Of a stretch of DNA of 64,000 nt, positions 15,455 to 27,528 are shown piece by piece. The stretch is taken from the NCBI RefSeq assembly GCF_009914755.1, contig NC_060927.1. One strand, given 5' to 3'. This stretch comes from the human T2T-CHM13v2.0 reference genome, Homo sapiens. The notes under the pieces were generated by a model that saw only the letters and a list, made by a program, of their open reading frames with translations, searched no databases and was not told the origin of the DNA. A program made the position numbers and the translations under genes. How positions within the stretch are numbered: position 1 is the stretch's first letter; each line of letters starts with the position of its first letter.

Positions 15455-16819
15455 TGTCTTAGTCCCTTCCTGCTGCTATCACAAAATGCCTTCGATTGGG
15501 TACTTTATAAATAATAGATATTTGTTTCTTACAGTTCTGGAGGCTGGGAAGTCCAAGATCAAAGTGCCAGGAGATTTGGTTCTGGTGAGGGCTCACTTTC
15601 TGCTCCATAGATTTCTTTGTCATCAATGGTAGAAGGGTGGAAGGATAAAGAGCAGAAAGGATGAAATCGCTTCCTCAAGCCCTTTTATAAGGACTCTAAT
15701 GCCATCTATAAGGGCAGAGCCCTCATGGCTTAATCACTTCCTGACAGCCCCACCTCTTTTTTAATATATTTTTAATTTTATTTTATCTTATTTTTTTAAC
15801 TTTAAATTTTTATTTTTTATTTTACTTTAAGTTCTAGGATACACGTGCAGAATGTGAGGTTTGTTACATAGGAATACATGTGCCATGGTGGTTTGCTGCA
15901 CCTATCAACCCATCATCTAGCTTTCAAGCCTTGCAGGCATTAGGTATTTGTCCTAATGCTTTCCCTCCCCTTGTCCCCCACCCCTCAAGAGGCCCCAGTG
16001 TGTGTTGTTCCCCTCCCTGAGCCCAGGTATTCTCATTGTTCAACTCCCACTTATGAGTGAGAACATGCGGTGTTTGGTTTTCTGTTCCTGTGTTAGTTTG
16101 CTGAGAATGATGGCTTCCAGCTTCATCCATGTCCCTGCAAAGGACACGATCTCATTCTTTTTTATAGCTGCATAGTATTTCATGGTGTTTATGTACCACA
16201 TTTTCTTTATCCAGTCTACCATTGATGGGCATTTGGGTTGGTTCCAAGTCTTTACTATTGTAAATAGTGCTGCAATAAACATACATGTGCATGTGTCTTT
16301 ATAGTGTAATGATTTATATTCCTTTGAGTATATATCTAGTAATGGGACTGCTAGGTCAAATGGTATTTCTGGTTCTAGATCTTTGAGGATCACCACACTG
16401 TCTTCCACAATGGTTGAACTAATTTACATTCCCACCAACGTGTAAAACTATTCCTATTTCTCCACAGCATCACCAGCATCTATTGTTTCTTGACTTTTTA
16501 ATAATCGTCATTCTGACTGGCCTGACGTGGTATCTCATTGTGGTTTTGATTTACATTTCTCTAATGATCAGTGATGATGGGCTTTTTCCATATGTTTCTT
16601 GGCCACATAAATGTCTTCTTTTGAGAAGTGTCTGTTCATATCCTTTGCCCACTTTTTGATGGGATTGTTTTTTGTTGTAAATTTGTTTAAGTTCCTTGTA
16701 CATTCTGGATATTAGACCTTTGTCAAATGAGTAGATTACTCCACCTCTTAATACCATCACCTTGAGGTTTAATTTCCAACATATGAATTTTGAATAACAC
16801 CCATATTCAAGCCATAGCA
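15455..16819 (-). mobile_element. MaLR solo LTR (MST/MLT1A-like), split by an L1 insertion
   Basis: TG...CA termini (tgtcttagtcc ... caagccatagca) with an exact 5-bp TSD CTCCC at 15450-15454 and 16820-16824; LTR body at 15455-15758 and 16741-16819. Confidence 0.88.
15759..16740 (-). mobile_element. L1PA (about L1PA7/8-like), 5'-truncated ~1 kb, with ORF2p C-terminal relic
   Basis: ORF 16040-16408 translates to the L1 ORF2p C-terminus (DTCTCMFIAALFTI..WNQPKCPS..WIKKMW..LEAIILSKLTQEQKTKHRMFSL); T-rich tail; TSD ccacctctt at 15750-15758 and 16741-16749. Confidence 0.95.
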
Positions 16820-16972
16820 CTCCCCCTTCCACCCTTGCCAATTCTCCTGTCAATTCTCAAAACAGAGTGTTACTGTTACAGTGTAAGTCAAATGATGTTA
16901 TACCTCTACTTGAAAGCTTGTAACTTCTCCACTCAAAATTCTGTAGTTCATTTAGAGTAAAACTCAAAACTT

Positions 16973-17264
16973 TATTTATTGTTTGTTTGTTTTGAGACAA
17001 AGACTCACTTTGTTGCCTGAGCTGGAATGCAGTGGCCCAATCAGAGCTCACTGCAGCCTTGATCTCCTGGGCTCAAGTGATCCTCCTACCTCAGCTGGAA
17101 CCACCGGTGTGTGCAATCACACTTGGCTAAATTTTTTTTTATAGAGATGAGATCTCCCTGTGTTGCCCAGGCTGGTCTCAAACTCCTGGGCTCAAGTGAT
17201 GCAGGAGGCCTGACTAGGCCTCCCAAAGTATTGGGATTACAGGTATGAGCCACCACACCCGGCT
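16973..17264 (-). mobile_element. AluJ
   Basis: tttg tail; ctcctgggctcaagtgat in both arms; gggattacaggtatgagcccaccacacccggc. Confidence 0.9.
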
Positions 17265-18960
17265 CCAAAACCTCTTTCTGATGGCCTAGAAAACTACCTC
17301 ATCTCTCCCTACCACACCAGCCTCCTGATGATTCTTTTAACACCCAGGCACAATCCTGCCCCAGGAAATTTGCTCTTTCCATGACTGCTTCCTGAAATAC
17401 TCTTCCCCCAGGCATCCATATTGCTAGGTCCACTTTCTTTAGGTATTTGCTCATAAGTCATTTTCTCAGTGGAATCTTCCCAGGAAATGCTAATAAGATT
17501 TCAATCTCCATTTTTAATATTCGTCTTCCATGCTTACTTTTTTTCTCCCTCAGCATTTATCACTAACATTTTAAAGATTTTACAGTTTATTTTGCTTGTA
17601 ATCCATCTCCTCCACTAGAAGCAGTGATTTTGTCTGTTTTGTTCATTCCTGCTCCTGTTACCTGGAACAGTGTCTGGAACCCAGTTGGTCCTCAATAAAT
17701 ATTTGTTGAGGGAAAGAAAGAATGAATACCAAAAGAGTAATTGATGTCATTTGTACCATTGTGTCATTGTCATTTTGGTGACTGCAGCTATTTAATAGAA
17801 GATCTTTCTCCCATTAACTGGTTTCATCAAGCACCATGTCTCATTTACCCTCATTCAATTTTACTAATCTTTCTGATCCTGGGTGATACCTCATCTAGAT
17901 CTTTCTGTATCAGTTTGTAGAATCCCATCTCCAGCAATTGGCAAAACGATGTGAGTGACAAGTTCCAGTGCAGCCAGTTCAGGGCAGATCCAAGATTCCT
18001 TCATGTTCTATCTGAAGAAGCAGAGAGAGGGAGGGAGAGCTAACGGACATGTGAGAGAGCAGCTCGAGTCACTTCGCTGTTGTTCTAAGGCAAGATTGAT
18101 ATTTCTATTTGCACAGATTTTAGCAGAAACACCTGAATTTTGTCTCTTTTAGTCATAATTTCTCAGACACAGCAAGGAGAGGGTGGCTTTTAGCACTTTG
18201 GTTTTGCAGGTTATTTCCATTAAATTGGTCCTCAATTCTCTGTAACTATTGCTAAATTCTTAAAATGGGGTGGGGTGGTTTTTTTGAAGAATGAGTGTTA
18301 CTTTAAAACATCATGTTACTTTAAAACTTTAGGACCTCTATCCTAAGGCAGTAATGACCAAAGATCCATAAATGGGGGTATTAATCACAACTGTATTTGT
18401 CATAGTGAAAATTAAAAGGCTAATTGATTATAATAGGAAAATGTTAATTAGAATCTTTTACAGCAATTACAGCAATTAAAATGGGTTTTTTGCAGAACTC
18501 TTGATGGCAGAGTGCTTAGAAAATTTCTTAAAATTTGGTTTCTCTTCCTGGCACTGATGAGGAAAGGAGAGCACATCTTAACCTGCTTACGAACTGCAAG
18601 TGCTTTGAGAAAAAAGGCAAAACAATAGTCTTTAACTGGTCAGGAAGACCTCACCATGAGGACGGTTTGGTTCCCATGTTTATTGAATATTGTCCCTTAC
18701 AAGAAAGAAGTTGATTGATTAATAAGATCTCTGTTTGGAAGAACAAAGTCTTAGACATGAAGGAGCCAGTAAGAAATGTGCTCCATTTCTGATCCATGGA
18801 TCAGAGAGGAGGGTGGAGGTAACCCTACAAGTACATGCCCATATAATTTGTTGTCAAAAATGGAGCACTTCTGTGAGTGAAACAAGGTGTTATTAATAAC
18901 ATCCCTCAGAAAAACACTTATGGACTGGGACTGAACAAGCAAACCAACATGAATGGTCAC

Positions 18961-19325
18961 TGCTATAGGTGGAATGTTTGTGTTCTTCTCAAATTCATAC
19001 AGTGAAATCCTAACCCCCAAGTTATTAGTACTACAAGGTAGGGCCTTTGGGAGGTTATTAAGTCATAAGGGCAGAATTCTCATGATTGGGATTGGTGCCT
19101 ATATCAAACAGACCCCAAAGAGCCAGCTCCACCCTTTCACCATCTAAGGACGCAACCAGAAGGCACCTTCTATGAACGAGAAAGTAAGCCCTCACAAGTC
19201 ACAAATCTGCTGGTGCTTTGATCTTGGACTTTCCAGCCTCTAGAACTGCAAGAAATATATTTTTGTTATTTATAATCCTCCAGGTTCATGGTAATTTGCT
19301 ATAGCAATCTGGATGGACTAAGAAT
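18961..19325 (+). mobile_element. MaLR solo LTR (MLT1A-like)
   Basis: tgctataggtggaatgtttgtg...gaaatcctaaccccc...ttgatcttggactttccagcctctagaactg...gactaaga; GTCAC on both flanks (18956-18960, 19326-19330). Confidence 0.85.
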
Positions 19326-19644
19326 GTCACCCAGAGAGATGATTTTGCTCAGAGAAGCCCTGGAAGGTCTCAGGAGTCTGGTTTCAAGGAACATTATCTC
19401 TGGCCCGCCTATCTTCGTGGAGAATATCTGGATCACTAGAGAATTCGGCCTCAGGCCACAGGTTCAATACTGAGGAGAGCTGGGTGGTTGGAAACACTTC
19501 CTTGCTTACCCAGTGCACTCAATTTTTCTGTTTCTAAGGTGGCTGCATTTGATCCACACAACTGACAGGGTTAGGGAAGTTAGATTAAACTGTTTTTCCT
19601 CTGTTCAGAAATCACTTGAACACCTGAAAACACGTCTATTAAAT

Positions 19645-19683
19645 CAGTGTTTCTCAAACTTGTTTGAGCACAAAAATCATAGC

Positions 19684-19718
<35 letters not shown>

Positions 19719-19860
19719 GTAGGGGTGCTATTAAAAATGCCAATTGTTGGGCCTACCTCAGACTTTCTGAGTTGATTCTCTGAAGGAGAATTCTGAAAGA
19801 TCCATATTTTAAACATGTTCTTCAGGTTATTTTATTCTGTAGGCAAGTTTGAGAAATGCT
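19645..19860. mobile_element. MER5-type hAT/Charlie MITE containing a (TG)n run
   Basis: Terminal inverted repeats cagtgtttctcaaactt / aagtttgagaaatgct; internal (TG)n at ~19685-19716. Confidence 0.75.
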
Positions 19861-19907
19861 ATATCATATTAAGTTTTTAAAAAGTAGGTTGGGGAGCAGA
19901 TAATCAA

Positions 19908-20348
<441 letters not shown>

Positions 20349-20352
20349 TCAA

Positions 20353-20356
<4 letters not shown>

Positions 20357-20425
<69 letters not shown>
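20357..20425. repeat. (TA)n followed by poly(T)
   Basis: About 25 uninterrupted TA units then a T run. Confidence 0.95.
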
Positions 20426-20894
20426 ATATGTGCATATACATGGACCAGGAGGAAGTGTTAACATTAACAGGGTGATAATCTCTGATATGTTCTACCCACT
20501 TGTTTGTACTTTCTACAATGTTTACAGTGAGTTACATCAGACACAAAAAAAACATTATTTTAAAATTATCAAACCATTTCTTAAATGTAATTATAAGCCT
20601 GGTTTATTCTTTTTCCTTTGTATATGAGTGAAATACTCTGTATTATATGGAGTAAGGTTGTTCCTCTGAGATTTCTCATACTCGATGACTTTCATGCAGC
20701 TGTGCAGGTTGTGCACTGCACAACTCCAGGTGGTGTCAATTACACTGTGTTCTATTGGATGGAACCTTCTAATGTTGTGCAGTGTGTACCTCTGCCTCAT
20801 TACCTGAAAAGTCATTTATCTTGGATTGATTCTTGAATTAGAGATTATATGTAGAAAAGCAAGGCATTTGTCAAGGCTTATGAATATTTAGCTA

Positions 20895-23256
20895 CAGGCA
20901 TACCTCAGAGATATTCAGGGTTCAGTTCCTGACCACCACCATAAAAAAAATCACAATAAAGTGAGTTACACTAATTTTTTTTTGTTTCCCAGTGCACATA
21001 AAAGTTATATCTGCACTATTATCTATTAACTATGCAATAGAATTATGTCTTAAAAATGTAAATACCTTAATTAAAAATAGCTTTTTTTTGCTAAAATGTG
21101 CTTACAATCATCTGAGCCATCAAAGAGTCATACTTTCTTTTGTTGACCCAGGGTCTTGACTTGATAGCTGCTGAAAGTTGGAGTGGCTGCAGCAATTTCT
21201 TAAAATAAGACAGCAATGAAGTTTGCCATATTGATTGACTCTTCCTTTCACAAAAAATTTCTCTGTTAGATGTGATGCTGTTTGATAGCATTTTACCCAC
21301 AGTAAAACTTCAAAATGGGGCTAAGACCTCTCAAAGCCTGCCTCTGCCTTATCAGCTAAGTTTATGTAATATTCTAAATCCTTTACTGTCATTTCAACAA
21401 TGTTCACAGCATTTTTACCAGGAATAGATCTCATCTCAAGAAACCACTTTTTTTGTTCATCTGCAAGAAGCAACTCCTTGTGTTAAAGTTTTATTATTAG
21501 ATTGCAGCAATTCAGTCATATATTCAGGCTCCACTTCTCATCCTAGTTCTCTTGCTGTTTCCACAGCATCTGCAGTGACTTCCTCCACTGGAGTCTCGAG
21601 CCCCTCAAAGTCGTTCATGAGGGTGAGAACAAACTTCTTTCAAACTCCCGTTAATGTTGATATTTTGACCTCCTCTCATGTTCTTAACAGCATCTAGAAT
21701 GTTCTTAATAGCATCTAGAATGGCAACACCTTTCCAGAAGGTTTTAAATTTACTTCACCCAGATCCATTGGAAGAATTCCTATCGATAACACTTATAGTC
21801 TTTTGAAATGTATTTCTTAAAGAATAAGACTTGAAAGTCAAAATTATTCCTTGATCTGCATGGATGCAAAATGAATGTTATGTTAGTAGGCATAAAAATA
21901 ATGTTAACATCCTGTATATGTTCATCAAAGCTCTCAGGTGTATTGTCAATGAGCAGTAACATTTTTATTTTTTATTTTTTTTCCTGAGCAGTAGGTCTCA
22001 ACAGTGGGCTTAAAATATTCAGTAAACCATGTTATAAACAGATGTGCTGTCATCCAGGCTTTGTTGTTTCATTTATAGAGCCCAGGCAGGGTAGATTTAG
22101 CATAATTCTTAAATACTCTAGGATTTTTTAAATGGTAAATGAGCACTGGCTTCAACTTAAAGTCACCAACTGCATTAGCCCGTAATAAGAGAGTCAGCCT
22201 GTGCTTTGAAACTTTGAAACCAAGCATTGACTTTTCTTTAGCTATGAAAGGTCCTAGATGGCATCTTCCTCCAATATAAGGCTGTTTAATATACATTAAA
22301 AATCTGTTGTTTAGTGTAGCCACTTTTATCAATTATCTTAGCTAGATCTGGATAACTTGCTGTAGCTTCTACATGAGGACTTGCTGCTTCACTTTGCATT
22401 TTTATGTTATGGAGATGGCTTCTTTCCTACTTCTGTTGGCTTCTAACTTTTCTTCTGTAGCTTCCTCACCTGTCTGAGCCTTTATAGAATTGAAGAGAGT
22501 TAGGCCTCGGTCTGGATTAGGCTTTGGCTTAAGGGAATGTTGTGGCTGGTTTGCTCATCTATTCAGATCATTAAAACTTTTTCCATATCTGTAAGAAGGC
22601 TGTTTCACTTTCATCATTTGTGTGTTCACTGGAACAGCACTTTTAATTTCCTTCAGGAACTTTTCCTTAGCATTCACAACTTGGCTGTTTGGCACCAGAA
22701 ACCTATCTTTTGGCCGATTTTGGTTTTGATATGCCTTCCTTACTACATTTAATAATTTCTAGCTTTTGATTAAAAATGAGAGACATGCAACTCCTCCTTT
22801 CACTTGAACACTTAGAGGCCATTGTAGGGTCATTAATTGTCCTTGTTTAAATATTGTTGGGTCTCAGGGAATAAGGATGCCTAAGGAGAGGGAGAGAGAT
22901 GAGAGATGGGGGAGCAGCCGGTGAGTGGAACAGTCAGACCACACATAACATTTCTCAATTAAATTTGCCATCTTATCTGGGCTTGGTAGGTGGTGCCTGA
23001 AAACAATTACAATAGTAACATCAAAGACCACTGATAATAGATCATAATAAAGGATATAATAATAATAATGGAAAACTTTGAAATATTGTGAGAAATACCA
23101 AAATGTGATACAGAGGCACACAGTGAGCACATGCTGTTCCGAAAATGGTGCCAGTAGACTTGATTGACACAGGGTTTCCACAAACCTTCAATTTGTAAAA
23201 AATGCATTACCTGCAAAATGTAGTAAAATAAAGCACAGTAAAATGAGGAACACCTT
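20895..23256 (-). mobile_element. Tigger1 (pogo/Tc1-mariner superfamily) DNA transposon, near full length, transposase inactivated
   Basis: TA|caggcatacctcagagatatt at the left end and degenerate aaaatgaggaacacctt|TA at the right. Minus-strand ORF relics [45 protein letters not shown] and [22 protein letters not shown] resemble the Tigger1/TIGD DDE domain. Confidence 0.92.
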
Positions 23257-24397
23257 TACTCTTACATGAGTAATTAGTAAAGATATTACTAATGTGAAAG
23301 AGTCTTAATAATTATATAGGGAAGATTCTTTTACACCCTAGTTATTTTAATAACAGAATTTGTTAAAGCAAATGTCTTGCTGCCAACCATATTTTCAAGC
23401 TGCCCGGGGCCTAGGGGAAAAATGAGGTTGATATTAAAAAAGTACTTTAGCCCCATCAGTTAAATCGTCACCATATTCACCACAACCCTTTACTTCTCAT
23501 GAATGTACTGTGTGATTTTGGTTTTGTTCATTTCAGCATATGCAGTGTTGCTTTTTTCGTACTCTCAAAAGAGCACCCAGCTAATTCCAAAAAGCAAGCC
23601 TTATGGTCACAGGTCAGCTGCATACCTCACCTCTCAGAGCGCAAAGCCCCATTGCCTTCTTAGTCACTGGAAGGTTAAAGATTTTATATTAGAGAGTGAA
23701 TGTGACATGAAGAAGTGACCAGACAAAGCTCTGTTGCACAGGATTATTTATTTTTTCTATATAATTGGTAGAAGTAAGATTTTAAAATAACATATTATTG
23801 ATATAGGCCATTGGCTGAAACAGAAATGCCTTTTGCGCAGAATACTTCTCTGTGGTGTATTTGTTGTCGAAGCATCTTTGTTACCTGTCTATCAGGGAAA
23901 AGTTTTTTCTCTGTTGTCCTCATATTTCTAAAGAGCAAGATGATTAAGTTCAAGTGCATGTGCATTTGTGTTGGTGGTGGTGTTGGTGGTGGTACTGATG
24001 GTGATATGGAGAGTGTTGCTGCCGCCTCAGTTTAGTCACCTTTATAATGGGCCTAGGAATACGAGAAGACTGATGAGGTTGATTCATCAAATTTTGGAGT
24101 CTGAGTGAAAAAATTAAATGAAGAGGGTTTTAGTTGTTTGCTCATCTGACAAACAGGCATTGGAAAAAGGTGAATATCACCTTGGTCTCAGACCGGAAGA
24201 CGGCACCATAATCTCAATCCCTAGGCTTAATTATAACTCCATACTCACTGGCCCTCTGTTTTACCGCACTGAGCACTATTTTTTCCTTTGTAATGTGGTC
24301 ATCGTATTTTCCTTCACAGAATTAATAAGAGGATTACATGAGATAATTAGTCTAAAAAATGCTCTGTAATACAAGGTAGTAATAATAATTCTTGCTG

Positions 24398-24613
24398 TAA
24401 TCTATGGAATGCCTAATATATGTTGGGCATTGAACTGAGTGCTTTAAATACATTGTCTTAAATCTTCAAATTCTCTTGTTAAGGTAGGTATTACTAACTC
24501 TTTTACAGAGAAGGGAACAGGTTTAGAGAGGTTAAGTGACTTGTCCAAGCTCATAAAGCCTGGTAAATGTCTGAACAAGGGTTCATATTCAGGTCTGTTT
24601 GACTCCCAAGCCT
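24398..24613 (-). mobile_element. MIR
   Basis: ttttacagagaagggaacaggtttagagaggttaagtgacttgtccaag...caggtctgtttgactcc. Confidence 0.8.
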
Positions 24614-24724
24614 ATTTGGCATTTGAACTGTTTTTTGATATATTTCCTTGCTTTCATTAATCATTGAAGGCTCTCTTTGGACATGAACCATCAATAATAA
24701 TGATGATGCTAGTAATAAATTAAA

Positions 24725-24935
24725 ATACGTATTGGCTGGTTACTATGTGATGTGCCAGGCACTTTACATGTCCTGGGCACTTTACATGTAACAATCCATT
24801 TAATCCTTATAACTGTATGTGGTAGGTGCTGTTATTGTCTTCATTTTATAGATGAGAAAATTGAGGTACAGAGAGGTTAACTAACTTGTCCACCCCAGTA
24901 AGTGGCCAAGCTAAAATTCAAACCTAGACAGTCAA
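24725..24935 (-). mobile_element. MIR
   Basis: tgtgccaggcactttacatg...cattttatagatgagaaaattgaggtacagagaggttaactaacttgtcc. Confidence 0.82.
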
Positions 24936-25718
24936 GTGATTAAATTATTTAGAAGATAAATAAACTATTGGAAAGCAACAAGGGACTTCCTGACTTTTCG
25001 TTAATAGAATGCATAATGTAAGGTTTCCCTAATAGGTACAATTTACAAAGAGATGAATATACAGTATGCCTTTATGTCCCAAAGCCTTGACAAAATTGTT
25101 TCTATTTGGAGAATATTTTGTCTCTCATGAAGTGAAGTTCAAAAATAAGCCACATCTATGCGCATATGTATTCATTTAACTCTGTAAAAATTACTTTCCT
25201 GAAGATCATATAAATTCTTAGTCACATAAATGGTACATTGACAAAATGTCTCCTTTTATTTTGGTCTCAACCCAGGAAGCTATACAAATAAGGGTTTCTT
25301 ATTTTTCTTATTAATTTTCCAAAAGAGTTTAAGATTTGGAGGCTTGTTGAAACAAATCTTTTTAGCAAGATTAATTTTAAAGTTAGACATTATGAGTATC
25401 AAATTAAGCTGTCAGCCTGTGAAATGATACAGAGAAAGATGTGTTACAACAATCCCCTCCTCTCCAACCTCTGTAGAGATGGGTAAGTCTGAACAGGAAA
25501 ACCAGAGGCCAGGAATCACATTTTAGTAATTCTTTTCTAGTTATGTCAGATTTCTAGCATGCTATTAGAGACACATGTGTCATCTTCACCATCAACCAAC
25601 ATATCATTGCTGTTTCAAACTGTTACTAGAGCTGTTGACACAGAATATTGTGTCTGTCGACAGCTCCAATTAGCTGGCGTGTCTGACTGGTGACAGCACG
25701 GTCTACTTTTGTTTACAG

Positions 25719-26000
25719 GGATGGTGGGAGCTGTATCTCCGTCTCCCAACCTCCAGTGGCAGACAGATGGATAGAGCTATATAATCATCAGTGGAAGTGT
25801 GTGATATTCTGTCTTCACAAACCATCGTGCAAAGCAGAACCAACGGCCTTTTGTCTGCTTTTAGAAATGTCTGCAAGAATCCCTCCCACCTGTCAAGTTA
25901 TGGGGATGAATATGTATAAAATGCATCATGTATGTGTACCTGTAGAAAACACTGGATTGGGATGTGCAGAGGAAATAAAGCAAACAGTTTTTTAAAAAGC
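25719..26000 (+). other. Candidate 3'-terminal exon with polyadenylation signal
   Basis: Acceptor tctacttttgtttacAG|G (AG 25717-25718); repeat-free body; AATAAA at 25974-25979; GT/T-rich sequence downstream (tgtgatatttaatttgtattgtgg). Confidence 0.5.
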
Positions 26001-26599
26001 CAATGTGATATTTAATTTGTATTGTGGCAACATTAAATATATGTTTGCCTCAGCACTGCTTCTAAAAACATCTTTTATTGAAATTTTTTTAAAAAAATCA
26101 ACCAATTAATGTTTTATTATTATTTACCAGTAAAATTACTAGTAAAAATTATTAAATTGCATTTTGTAATTTTTGACATTCTCTACTGTGTATGGCCTTA
26201 CTTTGACATATAATGGTTACATTGGCTTGGAATTCTCTATGATATGTCATCTTCTCTACTAATTTTCATCCTTTCATCAATGGAGGCACATGTCAGAGGT
26301 TGATGTTCACAGGCAAAAAAACCAAAACAAAACAAAACAAAAAAACACCTTAGTAAATGTATCTGAGGATGTGTGCAGTTCAGAGTACATGGCTTGTAAC
26401 TCCATTATTTCCAACAGAAAGAAGTGAAATGTGATACAAGTAATTGAGGATGATACAATTATATGGATGGTCTAGAATTATTTTTAAAATTAAACTGTTC
26501 TTAAACTTCTTTAGTTTTTTCTTATTAGTTTTATTATGGCATGAGTCAAGACTAACCATTATATGGCTGGAAACCACTAACTCCATTCATTTCCTGTTC

Positions 26600-26882
26600 T
26601 CCGTTAACTGCGACTCATCCCTCAGGTTTCAGCTCAAATGCCATTTCCTGAGAAAACATTCCCAGAATCCTCGCCATACACACTTACAACACTATTCCTT
26701 TTATTTATGATATTTATTGCAATGTGGAATGTCCATTTGTGTAATTATTTGACTAACATTTGCCTCTTCACTGAGTCCTATGAGAGCAGAGAACGGGTTG
26801 GTGTGGTTCACCATTGAATCTCTGGTGCCCAGTATCATGCCTGGTACCCAGCTAGGACTCAATACAGATGTGTTAGATGAGT
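26600..26882 (+). mobile_element. L2 3' fragment
   Basis: ctcatccctcaggtttcagctcaaatgccatttcctgagaaa...gtgcccagtatcatgcctggtaccca...ctcaata. Confidence 0.78.
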
Positions 26883-26980
26883 GCTGTTCAGGTGGATTCA
26901 TAATAGAACTTCCCATATAAAAGAAATACTACTCTTCTGGTTTCCTAAGACTGGAGCTTCTTGTGAGACAGTGTTTGTGT

Positions 26981-26982
<2 letters not shown>

Positions 26983-27030
<48 letters not shown>

Positions 27031-27037
27031 TGTGTGT
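26983..27037. repeat. (TG)n microsatellite
   Basis: Directly visible. Confidence 0.95.
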
Positions 27038-27149
27038 CTAATTACACCTCCCAAATTAGCACAGAACTAGATGTAGGTAGGTGATAGTGGGGGCCAGGGG
27101 CTATGTTCCAGGTAGAGGGAGTCACATGTATGAGGCTATATGTGGGCTT

Positions 27150-27528
27150 CCAAGAGCCCAGCTCTACACATGGCAGGATTGAAGGGGAGGCCTAAGAAGA
27201 GTAAGACCAAGAAAGAGGCCATCAAACAACAGACCATCTACAGCTGTTGGAGGTCAACCTGAAACTCTGTCTTGGAAGACCTTGAGGAAGATTTCTTTTT
27301 ACCTTCTATTAATGGATAGTAAATATATTAATATTGGTCTTATTAATACTGTGTTCCAGCAAACATGGGAATAAGACTCACTCTTCTGAAGCCTGGTTTG
27401 ATAATCGTATCCCATATATCAAGTGGATAGGTAGCACGAAGGAGAAACAAACATTTGTTGTTTCAGGTGACTGAAATTTTGGAGTTATTTGTCATGGCGG
27501 CATAGCCTAGTCTGTCATGACTGATATG
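27150..27528 (+). mobile_element. Old MaLR LTR fragment (MLT1J/K/L-like)
   Basis: 3' end atttgttgtttcaggtgactgaaattttggagttatttgtca...gcatagcctagtctgtcatgactgata resembles old MLT1 termini; the 5' boundary is uncertain. Confidence 0.55.

Larger units (their letters stand above)
14920..17725 (+). mobile_element. L2 element split by a MaLR LTR (itself holding an L1) and an AluJ
   Basis: L2-like blocks: caactgcctgattgaaatctccacctggatgtctaacaggcatctca (~15070), atttagagtaaaactcaaa (~16950), aacagtgtctggaacccag...ctcaataaatatttgttga (~17670-17710). Confidence 0.8.

Noticed and set aside
16040-16408. 122-aa ORF as a gene
   Set aside because: It is the C-terminal relic of L1 ORF2p in a 5'-truncated element.
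21780-22332. Domesticated TIGD-like transposase gene
   Set aside because: The reading frame is broken into short pieces by frameshifts and stops, inside an element that retains both ends.
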